Shown here piece by piece: positions 29,278 to 38,169 of a stretch of DNA of 64,000 nt; the first letter of the stretch is position 1; every line of letters begins with the position of its first letter. The notes beneath the pieces are model-generated. The model was not told the origin of the DNA. It was given only the letters and a program-made list of their open reading frames with translations, and searched no databases. The stretch is from Planctomycetota bacterium. Lineage in GTDB: Bacteria; Planctomycetota; SZUA-567; H5-PLA8. The position numbers were made by a program, and so were the translations under genes. The DNA lies in contig BTVV01000006.1 in NCBI GenBank assembly GCA_045863855.1, positions 9,216-73,215 on the forward strand, given 5' to 3'.

Positions 29278-31689
29278 TTACTCGAGCGGTGTCAACGTCA
29301 GGGTCGCCGGATCCAACCGCAGCACCATGACCTCCATGCGGCTGCAGTTTTTAATCCGCACGACTGCTTTCAGTTCGGGATCGTAGATCGGCGAGAAATC
29401 GCGGCCGGCCGCATTGGGGAACTGGAATTTGTCTCCCGTGCAAGGAGCCGTGAACCACTTTCGTTCGCCGAGCTTGTAGAAATACAGTTGCTCAGGAGCG
29501 GCCTTGTCCTGGGTACAGACCAGCAGCGCCGCGTCCAGTTCGGGGATGTACGTCGAATCGCCGTGCGCTTTGACGAGCGGCTTGCCTTGAAGCTGTTCCT
29601 TCGCCCACTGCTTTGCCTTGAAGTCGAAGCACCATACCTCGCCGGTGTCGCGCGCGAAGTAAACCAGCCGGTCGCGCTTCGTATCGTGGCATAGGTGCCC
29701 GTGCTCGTCGTGTTTGGGACCGCTTCCCGAAATCACCTCTTCCCACTTGCCGGCAGCCACATTGGCCTTGGCCAGCGTTCCCGTGCTGTACGCGTACAGG
29801 CCGTGCGGCGTGGAACAGAACGAGACTTGCGACGCGACGCCGTATTTGCCAGGGCAGACCCCGATGTTCGTGACGAACATGCGGTGCTTGAGGTCGTACA
29901 CGTCGCCGATGTAGGTAATCAGGCTGTTGCTCGCGATGTCGATCCCGTAGCTCTTGCGCGAATGCGTCGGCAGCAGCGACCAGCCTCCGGCGCTGATGCC
30001 TGGCGGGCCGGAGACCATTCCGTGCAGCCAGACGGGGTTGTAGTTGGGCGCGTCGGCCATGCCGACCCAGCGGTCCATTCCCACGTCGTACTCGATCACG
30101 TCGGCGCCGGGGTAGGTGCTGTGTCCGCCGCCCCAAGCGTAGGCGCGGTGGGTGCGCGGATCGTAAATGTTGCTGCCCCAATCGCGCCCCGGCGGCACCC
30201 AAGGCGGCTTGCGCAGCACCCAAGTGTTTGCCGGCTGTGCGGCGACCGCGGCCAGCCCGGCCTTCGGATCCTTCGAAGCCAGTTCCCCGGCCAGATACTC
30301 GTCGGGGAGTTTCGAACCCCAGCCCTTGCCTTTGCAGTGGTAATCGAGCTTCGGGTCGCGAGCCGCATCCGTGGGCGCCTTCGGCGCGGACGCCACATCC
30401 AGCTTTAGCGTGAAGACCGGCATCTTGTTGTTGCGCGATGGATTCGGGTATGCCGCCAGGACCACCAGGCCGCGCTTGGGATCGAAGTCCGCGCTGGCGT
30501 GAGCCGCTGGCGCGGGGAGATCCAGCCCCAGCTTCGTCCATTCCCCCTTGACCGTGTTGAAGGCCCAGGTGTCCTTCAGCGGCGTCCAGTTCCCGCCGTA
30601 TCCGCCCACCAGCAGCAGCGTCTTCTGGGCGGGTACGTAGACCAGCGCGTGGCCCGCTCGCGCCTGCGGCGAGACCGGCGTCTTCACCTCGCTCCAGGCA
30701 CGGCTGGCGCAATCGTATACCCACGTGTCGCCGATACAGCGCATCAGGTCGTCGCCGCCGAAAAGCACGATCTTCTTCGCGTCCGAGTCGTAGGCCAGGC
30801 CCGGCAGGATGCGCGCGCCGGGTTGCTTGCTCAGCGGCTGTTCGATCGCCTTCCAGCTCTTCGTGCTCTCCGAAAAGGTCCAGGTGCCGCAATGCGACGG
30901 ATACCAGCGCCGGGCGGAGGTCACGCCCGAATCGTCCGGCGTCAGCCGCCGCACGCGCTTGGCCGCTTCGTCAAAGATCCAGTCGCCCGGCTTCACCGGT
31001 TCCTTGTCCGCGCTCATCCGGCCCCACACCCCGCCCCCGCCGAACGAGACCGCCTCCTTGTTGTGCGCGTCGTAGCAGAGCGCGCCCCATAACGGGAGCC
31101 GCTTGCCCGCCTTGTTCGCCGCCTCGCCCACCGGCACCGGCAGCACCGCCTTCGCCGCCGGGTTGTACGCCTCGAAGTCCTCGCTCATCGAGAGCGGACT
31201 CAGGAGCGGCTCCCACACCACGCTTTCCGGATCGAGCAGCCAACCGGCGGTCGGTTGCTTTTTCGACGACCACCACCACTCCTGTTTGAGAAACAGAATC
31301 TTCTTCAGCCCCGGCAGGTAGACATAGCCCTTGGGCGAATCGAACGTGTCGGGCGTAGCGGGCGTCTTTCCCGGAGCAAACTCCCACTTGGGGTTCTCGA
31401 AAGAGATTTTGCGCAGGCCGGGGCCTTCCTTGGCTTCCGTTTCGGTCAGCATCGGCGCGACCACGCCGCAGTCACGGTCCGCGAGCCAGAGGAAAGCCGG
31501 TCCGGTGAGGCTCGGCCAGTTGCCCTTGGGCGGCGGATACGTCCCGTCGCCCAGCGGTGTCCAGACATTTACCTGCGGATTCCCGAGGTTCGGCTGCGCT
31601 TCGGAGGCGCGCACCAGCGCTGCGGCCAACACGGCACATGCGAGTAACAGAGCGATTCTTGGCATGGAGGCGCCTCTTTTTGTGTTCAT
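29278..31689 (-). CDS. Secreted Kelch-repeat beta-propeller protein (803 aa), paralog 1 of 3
   Basis: Signal peptide (IALLLACAVLAAALVRASEA). There are multiple Kelch-like blades (LFGGDD, LLLVGGYGGN, W/Y spacing). A shared paralog motif YAWGGGHSTY is present. The ATG overlaps the upstream gene stop (ATGA). Confidence 0.7.
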   Translation of the reverse strand: MNTKRGASMPRIALLLACAVLAAALVRASEAQPNLGNPQVNVWTPLGDGTYPPPKGNWPSLTGPAFLWLADRDCGVVAPMLTETEAKEGPGLRKISFENPKWEFAPGKTPATPDTFDSPKGYVYLPGLKKILFLKQEWWWSSKKQPTAGWLLDPESVVWEPLLSPLSMSEDFEAYNPAAKAVLPVPVGEAANKAGKRLPLWGALCYDAHNKEAVSFGGGGVWGRMSADKEPVKPGDWIFDEAAKRVRRLTPDDSGVTSARRWYPSHCGTWTFSESTKSWKAIEQPLSKQPGARILPGLAYDSDAKKIVLFGGDDLMRCIGDTWVYDCASRAWSEVKTPVSPQARAGHALVYVPAQKTLLLVGGYGGNWTPLKDTWAFNTVKGEWTKLGLDLPAPAAHASADFDPKRGLVVLAAYPNPSRNNKMPVFTLKLDVASAPKAPTDAARDPKLDYHCKGKGWGSKLPDEYLAGELASKDPKAGLAAVAAQPANTWVLRKPPWVPPGRDWGSNIYDPRTHRAYAWGGGHSTYPGADVIEYDVGMDRWVGMADAPNYNPVWLHGMVSGPPGISAGGWSLLPTHSRKSYGIDIASNSLITYIGDVYDLKHRMFVTNIGVCPGKYGVASQVSFCSTPHGLYAYSTGTLAKANVAAGKWEEVISGSGPKHDEHGHLCHDTKRDRLVYFARDTGEVWCFDFKAKQWAKEQLQGKPLVKAHGDSTYIPELDAALLVCTQDKAAPEQLYFYKLGERKWFTAPCTGDKFQFPNAAGRDFSPIYDPELKAVVRIKNCSRMEVMVLRLDPATLTLTPLE

Positions 31690-32828
31690 TTGGCCGTGCC
31701 GGGCAGGCTGCCAGGGGTGTCGGAAAGTTTGAACGCAACGGTTTTCCAGCCGCGGCCAACGATCAGGTGAACGTTGTTCACCGGGTCATAATCGTGGCGG
31801 TGGCGGATCATCTTTTCACCCACCAGCGCTTCGGCGTTCGAGCCTGTCTTGTACCAGCGGTTATCGCGGGGGCTGAAATAGAAGAAATCTCCTTCGGCGA
31901 AAACGACGAAGACGCGATTGCGCGGATCGTAGACCGCGTTGCAGTCGTGCGTGGCCGGTGCTTCGCCCTGCGTCTCGACGGTCGTCCACTGTCCGCTCTT
32001 GAGGTCATATTTGCAGAAGAGCTTGTTCTGCGGAGTTTCTTTAGGTCCGCGCGGGAGCGCCACCAGCGCTTCCTCGTCGGGGAAATACTCCAGGCCCGCA
32101 TAGGAGTACGGCAGACCTTTCGGAATCTTGCCCAGATCGCGCACCTCCTCGGTCTTCCAGTTCACCGCGCGAAAGGTCCCGGTCTGCGCGTAAAAGTAAA
32201 TCCAGTCGGGCTCCTTGGGCCAGACCGCGGAGCCGACATGATTCATCGCCAGCCCGGCCTTTTTGCTTACCGACCACTCGCGTTTGACCGGATCGAACGT
32301 CCACAGCCCCGAGCCTTTGTAGCATTCCTTGTAAACCGTTCCGTCGAGGTACGAGCCGCCGATTTCACCCACCAACTGAGTGCAGATCATCAGCGACTGG
32401 TTGGGCGGCACCACCAGTCCGTCGTACGTGTGGCGGCTGGAAGCGTAAATCTTGCCTTGGTATCTGAGACCGCCAAGGGGCTTCTTTTCCGCGTCGAAGA
32501 GCGCATTCTCGCGGGTGTACTCTTTCGGCGAGATGTCCGGACTGAGTTCGGACCATTGCAACGTGGCGGGATCGAATTCATGAACGCTGTTGGGAAACTT
32601 GCGCGTCGCGTGCCCGCCGCCGAAGGCGTAGAAGCGGTGGCGGTGCGGATCGTAGACGATGCCGCTGAAATCGAGCACATTGCCGTCGCCTTTGTAGCCC
32701 TCGCTGGCCAGCAGCGCGGACTTCTCGGCCAGACCGGCGAGCTTGGGATGGGGCGCGAACCGGGCCGCCGGTTCGCCCGCGTACGACGCCGCGGCAATGC
32801 TCAACAGCACGAACAGGATCGAACGCAT
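31686..32828 (-). CDS. Secreted Kelch-repeat beta-propeller protein (~380 aa), paralog 2 of 3
   Basis: Start MRSILFVLLSIAAASYAG (signal peptide) at 32828; the track start 32927 is an extension. Shared motif YAFGGGHATR. Confidence 0.7.
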   Translation of the reverse strand: MRSILFVLLSIAAASYAGEPAARFAPHPKLAGLAEKSALLASEGYKGDGNVLDFSGIVYDPHRHRFYAFGGGHATRKFPNSVHEFDPATLQWSELSPDISPKEYTRENALFDAEKKPLGGLRYQGKIYASSRHTYDGLVVPPNQSLMICTQLVGEIGGSYLDGTVYKECYKGSGLWTFDPVKREWSVSKKAGLAMNHVGSAVWPKEPDWIYFYAQTGTFRAVNWKTEEVRDLGKIPKGLPYSYAGLEYFPDEEALVALPRGPKETPQNKLFCKYDLKSGQWTTVETQGEAPATHDCNAVYDPRNRVFVVFAEGDFFYFSPRDNRWYKTGSNAEALVGEKMIRHRHDYDPVNNVHLIVGRGWKTVAFKLSDTPGSLPGTAK

Positions 32829-32839
32829 AGTGCATTTCC

Positions 32840-35179
32840 TCACTTGAGCGGCTGTGCGCCGAGCGTCGCCGCGTCCACCTTCAACACCTGGAGGCAGCCC
32901 TTCTTGAGCGCGCACAGCGTGCCCCAAACTAAATCGCGCTTCGCGTCGTACACGAGGCCCAGGTCCACACTGGAGCCGGCCTTGCCGCGATTCATGAATT
33001 CCGCGCCAGGCATCTTTGCGGCCACCCAGCGGTTCTTTTCACAGTCGTAGAAAGGAACCACGAGACCGCCTTCGCCCTGCAAGAGGAAACCGAGCATGAC
33101 CAGATCGCTCTTGGGCAGATAGACCGATTCGCGCGCAAACCGGCTTCCCTTGATCAGGTCCATGCCTTCGGGGTTAAGTTTCTTGACCTCGCCGCTCTTC
33201 AGGTCCGCGGACCAGACCTGACCGTGCGGGCCTTCCTTGCCGGTTGAGGTGGTGAAAAGCAGCCGGTCGCGCTTCGAGTCGTAGGTGACCGTCGAAGCGT
33301 CGCAGACCGTGTGAGGCAGCGGTTCGCCGGTGGTCGGGATTTCCTTCCAGACCTTCCCGCTTTCCAGCTTCCACAGGCCGTGCTTGGATTGGTTTTGCTT
33401 GGTCTGAGTCCAGCAGATCATGCCGCTGGGTGTCGAGACCAGGTAGTTGATGTACTTACTGACGGCGAAGGGCAGGTCTTCGAACTTTTCCGCGTGCGGC
33501 CACGTCCGTGCGATCGGATCGTAAAAAAGCGTCATCCGAGTCTTAATGTATACGACGCGCTTGGTCGTCGGGTCGTACTCGTAGGCTTGGTAATTATGAT
33601 TACCCCAAGGCGCCCCGTTGAACCCCCACATCCCGGGGCCGTTCAGGTCGTAGTTGAATTCCAGCGCGAACTGCGGCCGGCACGCGATGCTCCAGCGCCC
33701 GGTGGCGATATCGTAGTGCGCCATGTCGTTGCCGAAGTACGAACTGTGCCCGCCGCCCATGTGGAGGATCTGGTCGCGATCGGTGTCCAGCGCCACGGTG
33801 CTCCACCCGCCGCCTTGCCGGTTCTCCGGCCAGCGCGGGCACTCCAGCGCCGTCCAGGTGTTGGGCGTAAGGTTTTTCAGCACGGCCGCCGTGGCGGAAA
33901 CGTCCGGCTCGGGGACATCCTTCGTGTACCACTCGGGATCGAACGAGCCGCTGCGGAACTCGAGCGTCCCCGGCGGCACTCCGAATTTGGAGGTGCCTTC
34001 GGAGTCGTGCGCGGAGGCGTCAAGCCGGCAGAGCCAAGCGCTGTGCGCACTGCCTTTTTGGGTGCCGGGACCGATCCATAACACCGTATCGTCATCGGAG
34101 ACTGCGGCTACTGCGGCGCTATCGGCTCCGCCTCGGCCCGTGTAGTCGGCCGGCCCGTTCTGCTCGAAGCGGCGAATCAGCTTCCAGTCGTTTGCCACGA
34201 CATCGTAGTTCCATACCTCGAAAGGGAGTGGCTTGTATAGGGTGGCGCAATACGCAGTGGACGAGGTGTAGCCCTTGCCCCCCAGCAGAACGATCTTCCC
34301 GCTCTTCGGCAGACGCAGCAGCGCGTGCCCGAATCGCGGCGCAGGATTAATCGGCGGCTTCCGCTCTTCCCATGTGCGTGTCGCACAGTCGTAGACCCAG
34401 GTGTCCGCATAAAGCTGGTCGAGGCGGTCGCCGCCAAAGAGGACGATCTTTTTCGTGGCCGGGTCGAAGACCATCGGCGCGAGCGCGCGCGGCGGCGGTT
34501 CGACGGCAAGCTCCAGCTTGCGCCAATCGTTCTTCTCGGTCCCGTACACCCACGTGCCCGGCGCGCCGTTCTCCGTCGCCACGCCGCAGCCGCCGAAAAG
34601 CAGGATCTCCTTGTTCGCTTCGTCCGCGCACAGTGCCGACCAACTCAGGCTTTCGCGGTACGAATTGACGGCGGGCATCGGGCCGACCGGCGCTTTCAAG
34701 TCCTCCCATGTACGCGCCTGCGGATCGTAGCGCAGCACGCGCCCGCAGATCAGCGCGTAGACCTTTCCGTCCCACGGTGCTCGCGTGTAGTGGTACCACA
34801 GGCACATATGCCGCCGGTTCGGACGTTGCAGGCCTTCGTCGTCGCCCAAGCCGAAGAAGGGGCTCTTGAAGCCCACGTCCTTGACGTTGCCGGTCTCGCC
34901 GCCGCGACCCTCGGCGCCTTTGGGAAGTTCGTTGCGCCACTGCCTGTCCGCCGGATCGAAGCTCATCACGTCGTACGGACGTTCGCCGGTGAAGTGGTGG
35001 CTGATGGCGCCGCAGAAATACACGAAGCGTTTCAGCTCCGGTGACCAGACCAGGCCTGGAGAAAAACCGGGGCCGAGTCCGTTTTCGGTCACTTTGGTCC
35101 ACTCGTTAGCCGCGGGTTCGCCGCCCATGAGCGGCATGGCGAGGCCGGCCAGCAGGAGCAACAGAGGCAGGTGCTTCAT
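32840..35179 (-). CDS. Secreted Kelch-repeat beta-propeller protein (779 aa), paralog 3 of 3
   Basis: Signal peptide MKHLPLLLLLAGLAMPLMG. There are multiple Kelch-like blades. Shared motif ILHMGGGHSSYFG. Confidence 0.7.
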   Translation of the reverse strand: MKHLPLLLLLAGLAMPLMGGEPAANEWTKVTENGLGPGFSPGLVWSPELKRFVYFCGAISHHFTGERPYDVMSFDPADRQWRNELPKGAEGRGGETGNVKDVGFKSPFFGLGDDEGLQRPNRRHMCLWYHYTRAPWDGKVYALICGRVLRYDPQARTWEDLKAPVGPMPAVNSYRESLSWSALCADEANKEILLFGGCGVATENGAPGTWVYGTEKNDWRKLELAVEPPPRALAPMVFDPATKKIVLFGGDRLDQLYADTWVYDCATRTWEERKPPINPAPRFGHALLRLPKSGKIVLLGGKGYTSSTAYCATLYKPLPFEVWNYDVVANDWKLIRRFEQNGPADYTGRGGADSAAVAAVSDDDTVLWIGPGTQKGSAHSAWLCRLDASAHDSEGTSKFGVPPGTLEFRSGSFDPEWYTKDVPEPDVSATAAVLKNLTPNTWTALECPRWPENRQGGGWSTVALDTDRDQILHMGGGHSSYFGNDMAHYDIATGRWSIACRPQFALEFNYDLNGPGMWGFNGAPWGNHNYQAYEYDPTTKRVVYIKTRMTLFYDPIARTWPHAEKFEDLPFAVSKYINYLVSTPSGMICWTQTKQNQSKHGLWKLESGKVWKEIPTTGEPLPHTVCDASTVTYDSKRDRLLFTTSTGKEGPHGQVWSADLKSGEVKKLNPEGMDLIKGSRFARESVYLPKSDLVMLGFLLQGEGGLVVPFYDCEKNRWVAAKMPGAEFMNRGKAGSSVDLGLVYDAKRDLVWGTLCALKKGCLQVLKVDAATLGAQPLK

Positions 35180-35255
35180 GCGAGTCTCCTTTTGCTCACA
35201 GCCTGGATTGTGCCGGCCGCCAGCGTACGAACTCTTGAAGCCGATCGAACCGGAC

Positions 35256-36395
35256 TCACGCGCCGACGTCCCCGCCGCGCCGCAACGCTTCTTCCGCCGC
35301 TTGCGGGCGAATCAGGCTTACGCGCACGTCGATGCGGCAGGCCGGACCGTCAGGCTGAGCGCGCCGTTCGCGCAAGCGGCTCAACGCCAGCCGCGCCATT
35401 TCCGACGGTTTCCAGACCAGCGTCGCCGGAACATCACCGCCCAGAAACGCCGGCGCCAGCGTCTCGCGGTACTCGTACGCATTGGCCCAGCCGACCAACT
35501 CCACGTCCTTGCCCACTTTAAAGCCCGCCTGCCGGATCCCATCTGCCGCGCCCAGCGTCATCGCCACCCAAGGGCAGATCAGCGCCGTCGGCCGATCCGC
35601 GGCGCTCAGCAGCGCCTGGACCTGACGCGCCGCGCCTACCGCATCTTCGTTCGAAGCGATGATCGCCAGATGCCGGGGATCGAAATCCAGCCCCGCGTCG
35701 TTCAAGCCTGCGCGCGCGCCCGCGAAGCGTTCGCGCCAGTGTGCAAAGCCCCGCGTCGGACCCACCCAGCCGATCCGCGTGTGGCCCTGTGCCACCGCAT
35801 ACGCCGCGCCCAACCGCACGCCGTCCACGTTGTCTTGGATCACCATGTCCACGCCCGGCTCGGTCGAATGCGCATCGACCACAACAAACGGCAGCCCGGA
35901 TTGCTGCGCCGCGCGGATCAGAGGAAGTTCACTCCCGTCCAACAGCACCGCTTGCACGCGGGCTTCGGCCAATTCACGGAAGACTTCCGCCGCCGGACGC
36001 CCTTTACAGCCCACCGCCAGCAAGGTTCCGCTAGCCCCCACATGCGCTTGCTGAAACGCGTTCAGGATCTGAGCGTGTGTCGAATCCCAGCGTTCGTGAG
36101 GCCCCGCCTGCGCCAGTACGTACGCCACCGTCTGCACAGGGGAATGGGCGCTTGAGCGCGGGCGCACGCGGTATCCTTTAGAGGGCACCGGCTCCAACAA
36201 GCCTTCCGCCACCAACCGCGCCAGCGAGCGTCGCACCGTCACCCGGCTTACCTTGTAGCGCTGGCCCAACTCGCGCTCCGCCGGTAAGTACGCATCCGGA
36301 CCCCACTGCACGCCGCCGACGAAGGCTCGTAGCGTCTCCGCAAGGTCGTCCGTCAGGTTTCGGCGAGCGGTTAAGAGCTTGGTCTGCATCGGCAT
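35256..36395 (-). CDS. GntR-family HTH regulator fused to a LacI/PBP-type ligand-binding domain (paralog of 23567..24715)
   Basis: LPAERELGQRYKVSRVTVRRSLARLVAEGLL HTH, then a PBP fold. It lies 76 bp upstream of, and co-oriented with, the Kelch/ABC gene string. Confidence 0.75.
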   Translation of the reverse strand: MPMQTKLLTARRNLTDDLAETLRAFVGGVQWGPDAYLPAERELGQRYKVSRVTVRRSLARLVAEGLLEPVPSKGYRVRPRSSAHSPVQTVAYVLAQAGPHERWDSTHAQILNAFQQAHVGASGTLLAVGCKGRPAAEVFRELAEARVQAVLLDGSELPLIRAAQQSGLPFVVVDAHSTEPGVDMVIQDNVDGVRLGAAYAVAQGHTRIGWVGPTRGFAHWRERFAGARAGLNDAGLDFDPRHLAIIASNEDAVGAARQVQALLSAADRPTALICPWVAMTLGAADGIRQAGFKVGKDVELVGWANAYEYRETLAPAFLGGDVPATLVWKPSEMARLALSRLRERRAQPDGPACRIDVRVSLIRPQAAEEALRRGGDVGA

Positions 36396-36400
36396 TCCTT

Positions 36401-36432
36401 TGGTATTAAACTGATACTATAGAGGTATATAC
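36401..36432. promoter_or_regulatory. Candidate operator/promoter elements upstream of the GntR/LacI-hybrid regulator: inverted repeat GTAT-N7-ATAC (36403-36417) and 8-bp palindrome GTATATAC (36425-36432)
   Basis: AT-rich palindromes in the otherwise GC-rich DNA immediately 5' of the regulator start (36395). GntR operators are typically GT...AC palindromes. The 9-mer TATATACAC also occurs upstream of the paralogous regulator (24783-24791). Confidence 0.3.
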
Positions 36433-36579
36433 ACCGGCGATGGCGTATCGCGCTGGATCTTTTTGATTTCTATTACTGTAGATGTGAAATGGAGTTGCGT
36501 GATATCGACTAGATTCATTAAGTGTCACGCCCGGACTTGTGTTCAACCCACCCCAATAGGCATGAGCGATCGCCTGGGA

Positions 36580-37143
36580 CTACAGTTCCCGAAGGGCCAA
36601 GTTAATCCAGCCGGAGTCCCAGTGGTGCTTCAGGTCGGGTCGAGGCAGGAACGTGTGCGCCGCCCTTGCGCGCTTCAACGCTTCGGACAGTTCGACCATC
36701 TCCGTATGAAAGTTCGCGCCAGAAATCAGAATCAGCCGATGCGTTAGCGATACCGCAGTGCGAAAGGTCTCCAGGTTTTCCATAGGCAGGTCCGTGCGCC
36801 ATGCTTCATCGCCAGGATAAAAAGGAGCCGTACCCCAATTGGGGAGTTTCCTGCGCGCGACCGGCGCATCGAAGATCACAGTTGCCGCGATTCGGTGCGG
36901 AAGTTCCCGCGCCAAGTTCCAGGCGCCCAATCCCGACTTGCTGAAGCCGAACAGCACCATCCGTTCCGCGCCCAGCGCTTCAATTTGCGCGGCGGCTTCG
37001 CGGCGCACCTGAGCGTTGTACCAGACCAGATGCGGAAAGCGGACCGTGTGGATGCGCAGGTCCGGCCGTCCGCTAATCCGATCCGGGCTGGAGCCAAAGG
37101 TTAGGTCGTTCGGCTCGGTGGCGGGCAGGAAAACGAGATGCAT
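36580..37143 (-). CDS. Alpha/beta-hydrolase-fold protein (putative esterase)
   Basis: GFSKSG nucleophile elbow (GxSxG), ~187 aa. Confidence 0.5.
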   Translation of the reverse strand: MHLVFLPATEPNDLTFGSSPDRISGRPDLRIHTVRFPHLVWYNAQVRREAAAQIEALGAERMVLFGFSKSGLGAWNLARELPHRIAATVIFDAPVARRKLPNWGTAPFYPGDEAWRTDLPMENLETFRTAVSLTHRLILISGANFHTEMVELSEALKRARAAHTFLPRPDLKHHWDSGWINLALREL

Positions 37144-37316
37144 TCGTAAAGCTCCCCGCTCATGTGCGCCAAGCGCCGCCGCATGACACTCGTTCGATTA
37201 AAGATTACCTCATTTAACAAAATGGGCGGATTGCCTACCACAAAACGAGCGTAACCTCGTTCTACTCCGGGTCTTTGCTTGCAACCGGGTGGCGTTTAGG
37301 ACGCACAGGAGCACGC

Positions 37317-37691
37317 ATGGTCATCGAGTATGCCGTAACTATCGTCGAGTCGAGGACGGGAACCAAGGCTGCGCGTCTGGAGGTCGTCGGAGGGCTTGAT
37401 CCCAATACGCTTGACTCGTTTAAGGAAGTCGTCGAGAAGCTCTTCGATCGTGGCGCGCGCAATCTGATTCTCGACTGCTCACGGACCAAATTCATCAGTT
37501 CCAGCGGCTTGGCCGCATTGCTGAACTTCTCGGATCGCTTTGCGGTCGCCGGCGGCGGCATGGCTATGACGCACGTTCCGCACAACATCTTGCGCGTGAT
37601 TTACCTGATGGGGTTCGATAAGCACCTTACCGTTTTTGCCGACGACGCTACCGCGCTGGTCTGGTTCAAAGGCATCGCGATGGGCATGTGA
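37317..37691 (+). CDS. STAS-domain protein (anti-sigma-factor antagonist, SpoIIAA-like)
   Basis: ...NLILDCSRTKFISSSGLAALLNF... matches the STAS fold. The start is chosen at MVIEYA; the track start 37275 is possibly extended. Confidence 0.6.
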   Translation: MVIEYAVTIVESRTGTKAARLEVVGGLDPNTLDSFKEVVEKLFDRGARNLILDCSRTKFISSSGLAALLNFSDRFAVAGGGMAMTHVPHNILRVIYLMGFDKHLTVFADDATALVWFKGIAMGM

Positions 37692-37702
37692 TCGCGCCAG
37701 AC

Positions 37703-38065
37703 TTACGGATCGCGGTGCACCGTTTCAGGCGCGAAGGCCGGCAGACAAACAGCGACATACTCCGCGCCTTCGGGCTCGGGCGAACTGTAGCGCACCCATT
37801 CGCCCGGATGCGCGATGACGGCTTGGCCCGCGCGGATTTCCAACGCGCCGTCTTCGAAATCCACGCGCAAAAGCCCGCGCAGCACCAACGTGTACTCCGC
37901 GAATTCCGGGCGCTGTCCGGGCTCGATCCAGCCGCCCGGCGAAACCATCCGCGCGACGCTGACGCTTCGCGTTCCCGAATTCACCGCGCCCACGAATTCC
38001 TCGATGCGTTTGGGCTTATTCCCCGCCGCTTGAATCACCGTGGGTTGTTCGATCTTCGTGGGCAT
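37703..38065 (-). CDS. Cupin-domain protein
   Basis: ...EYTLVLRGLLRVDFEDGALEIRAGQAVIAHPGEWVRY... is a cupin beta-barrel pattern. The start is uncertain (track 38119). Confidence 0.5.
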   Translation of the reverse strand: MPTKIEQPTVIQAAGNKPKRIEEFVGAVNSGTRSVSVARMVSPGGWIEPGQRPEFAEYTLVLRGLLRVDFEDGALEIRAGQAVIAHPGEWVRYSSPEPEGAEYVAVCLPAFAPETVHRDP

Positions 38066-38169
38066 GCGCGCGCTCCTGGGCCGCCAGGGCACCATCCCAT
38101 GCCGGGCGTGCGGATGCAACGGAGCGGTGCGCGAGTGCGGTCAACGCGTGGTAGAGCCGGCCCGCGCTT

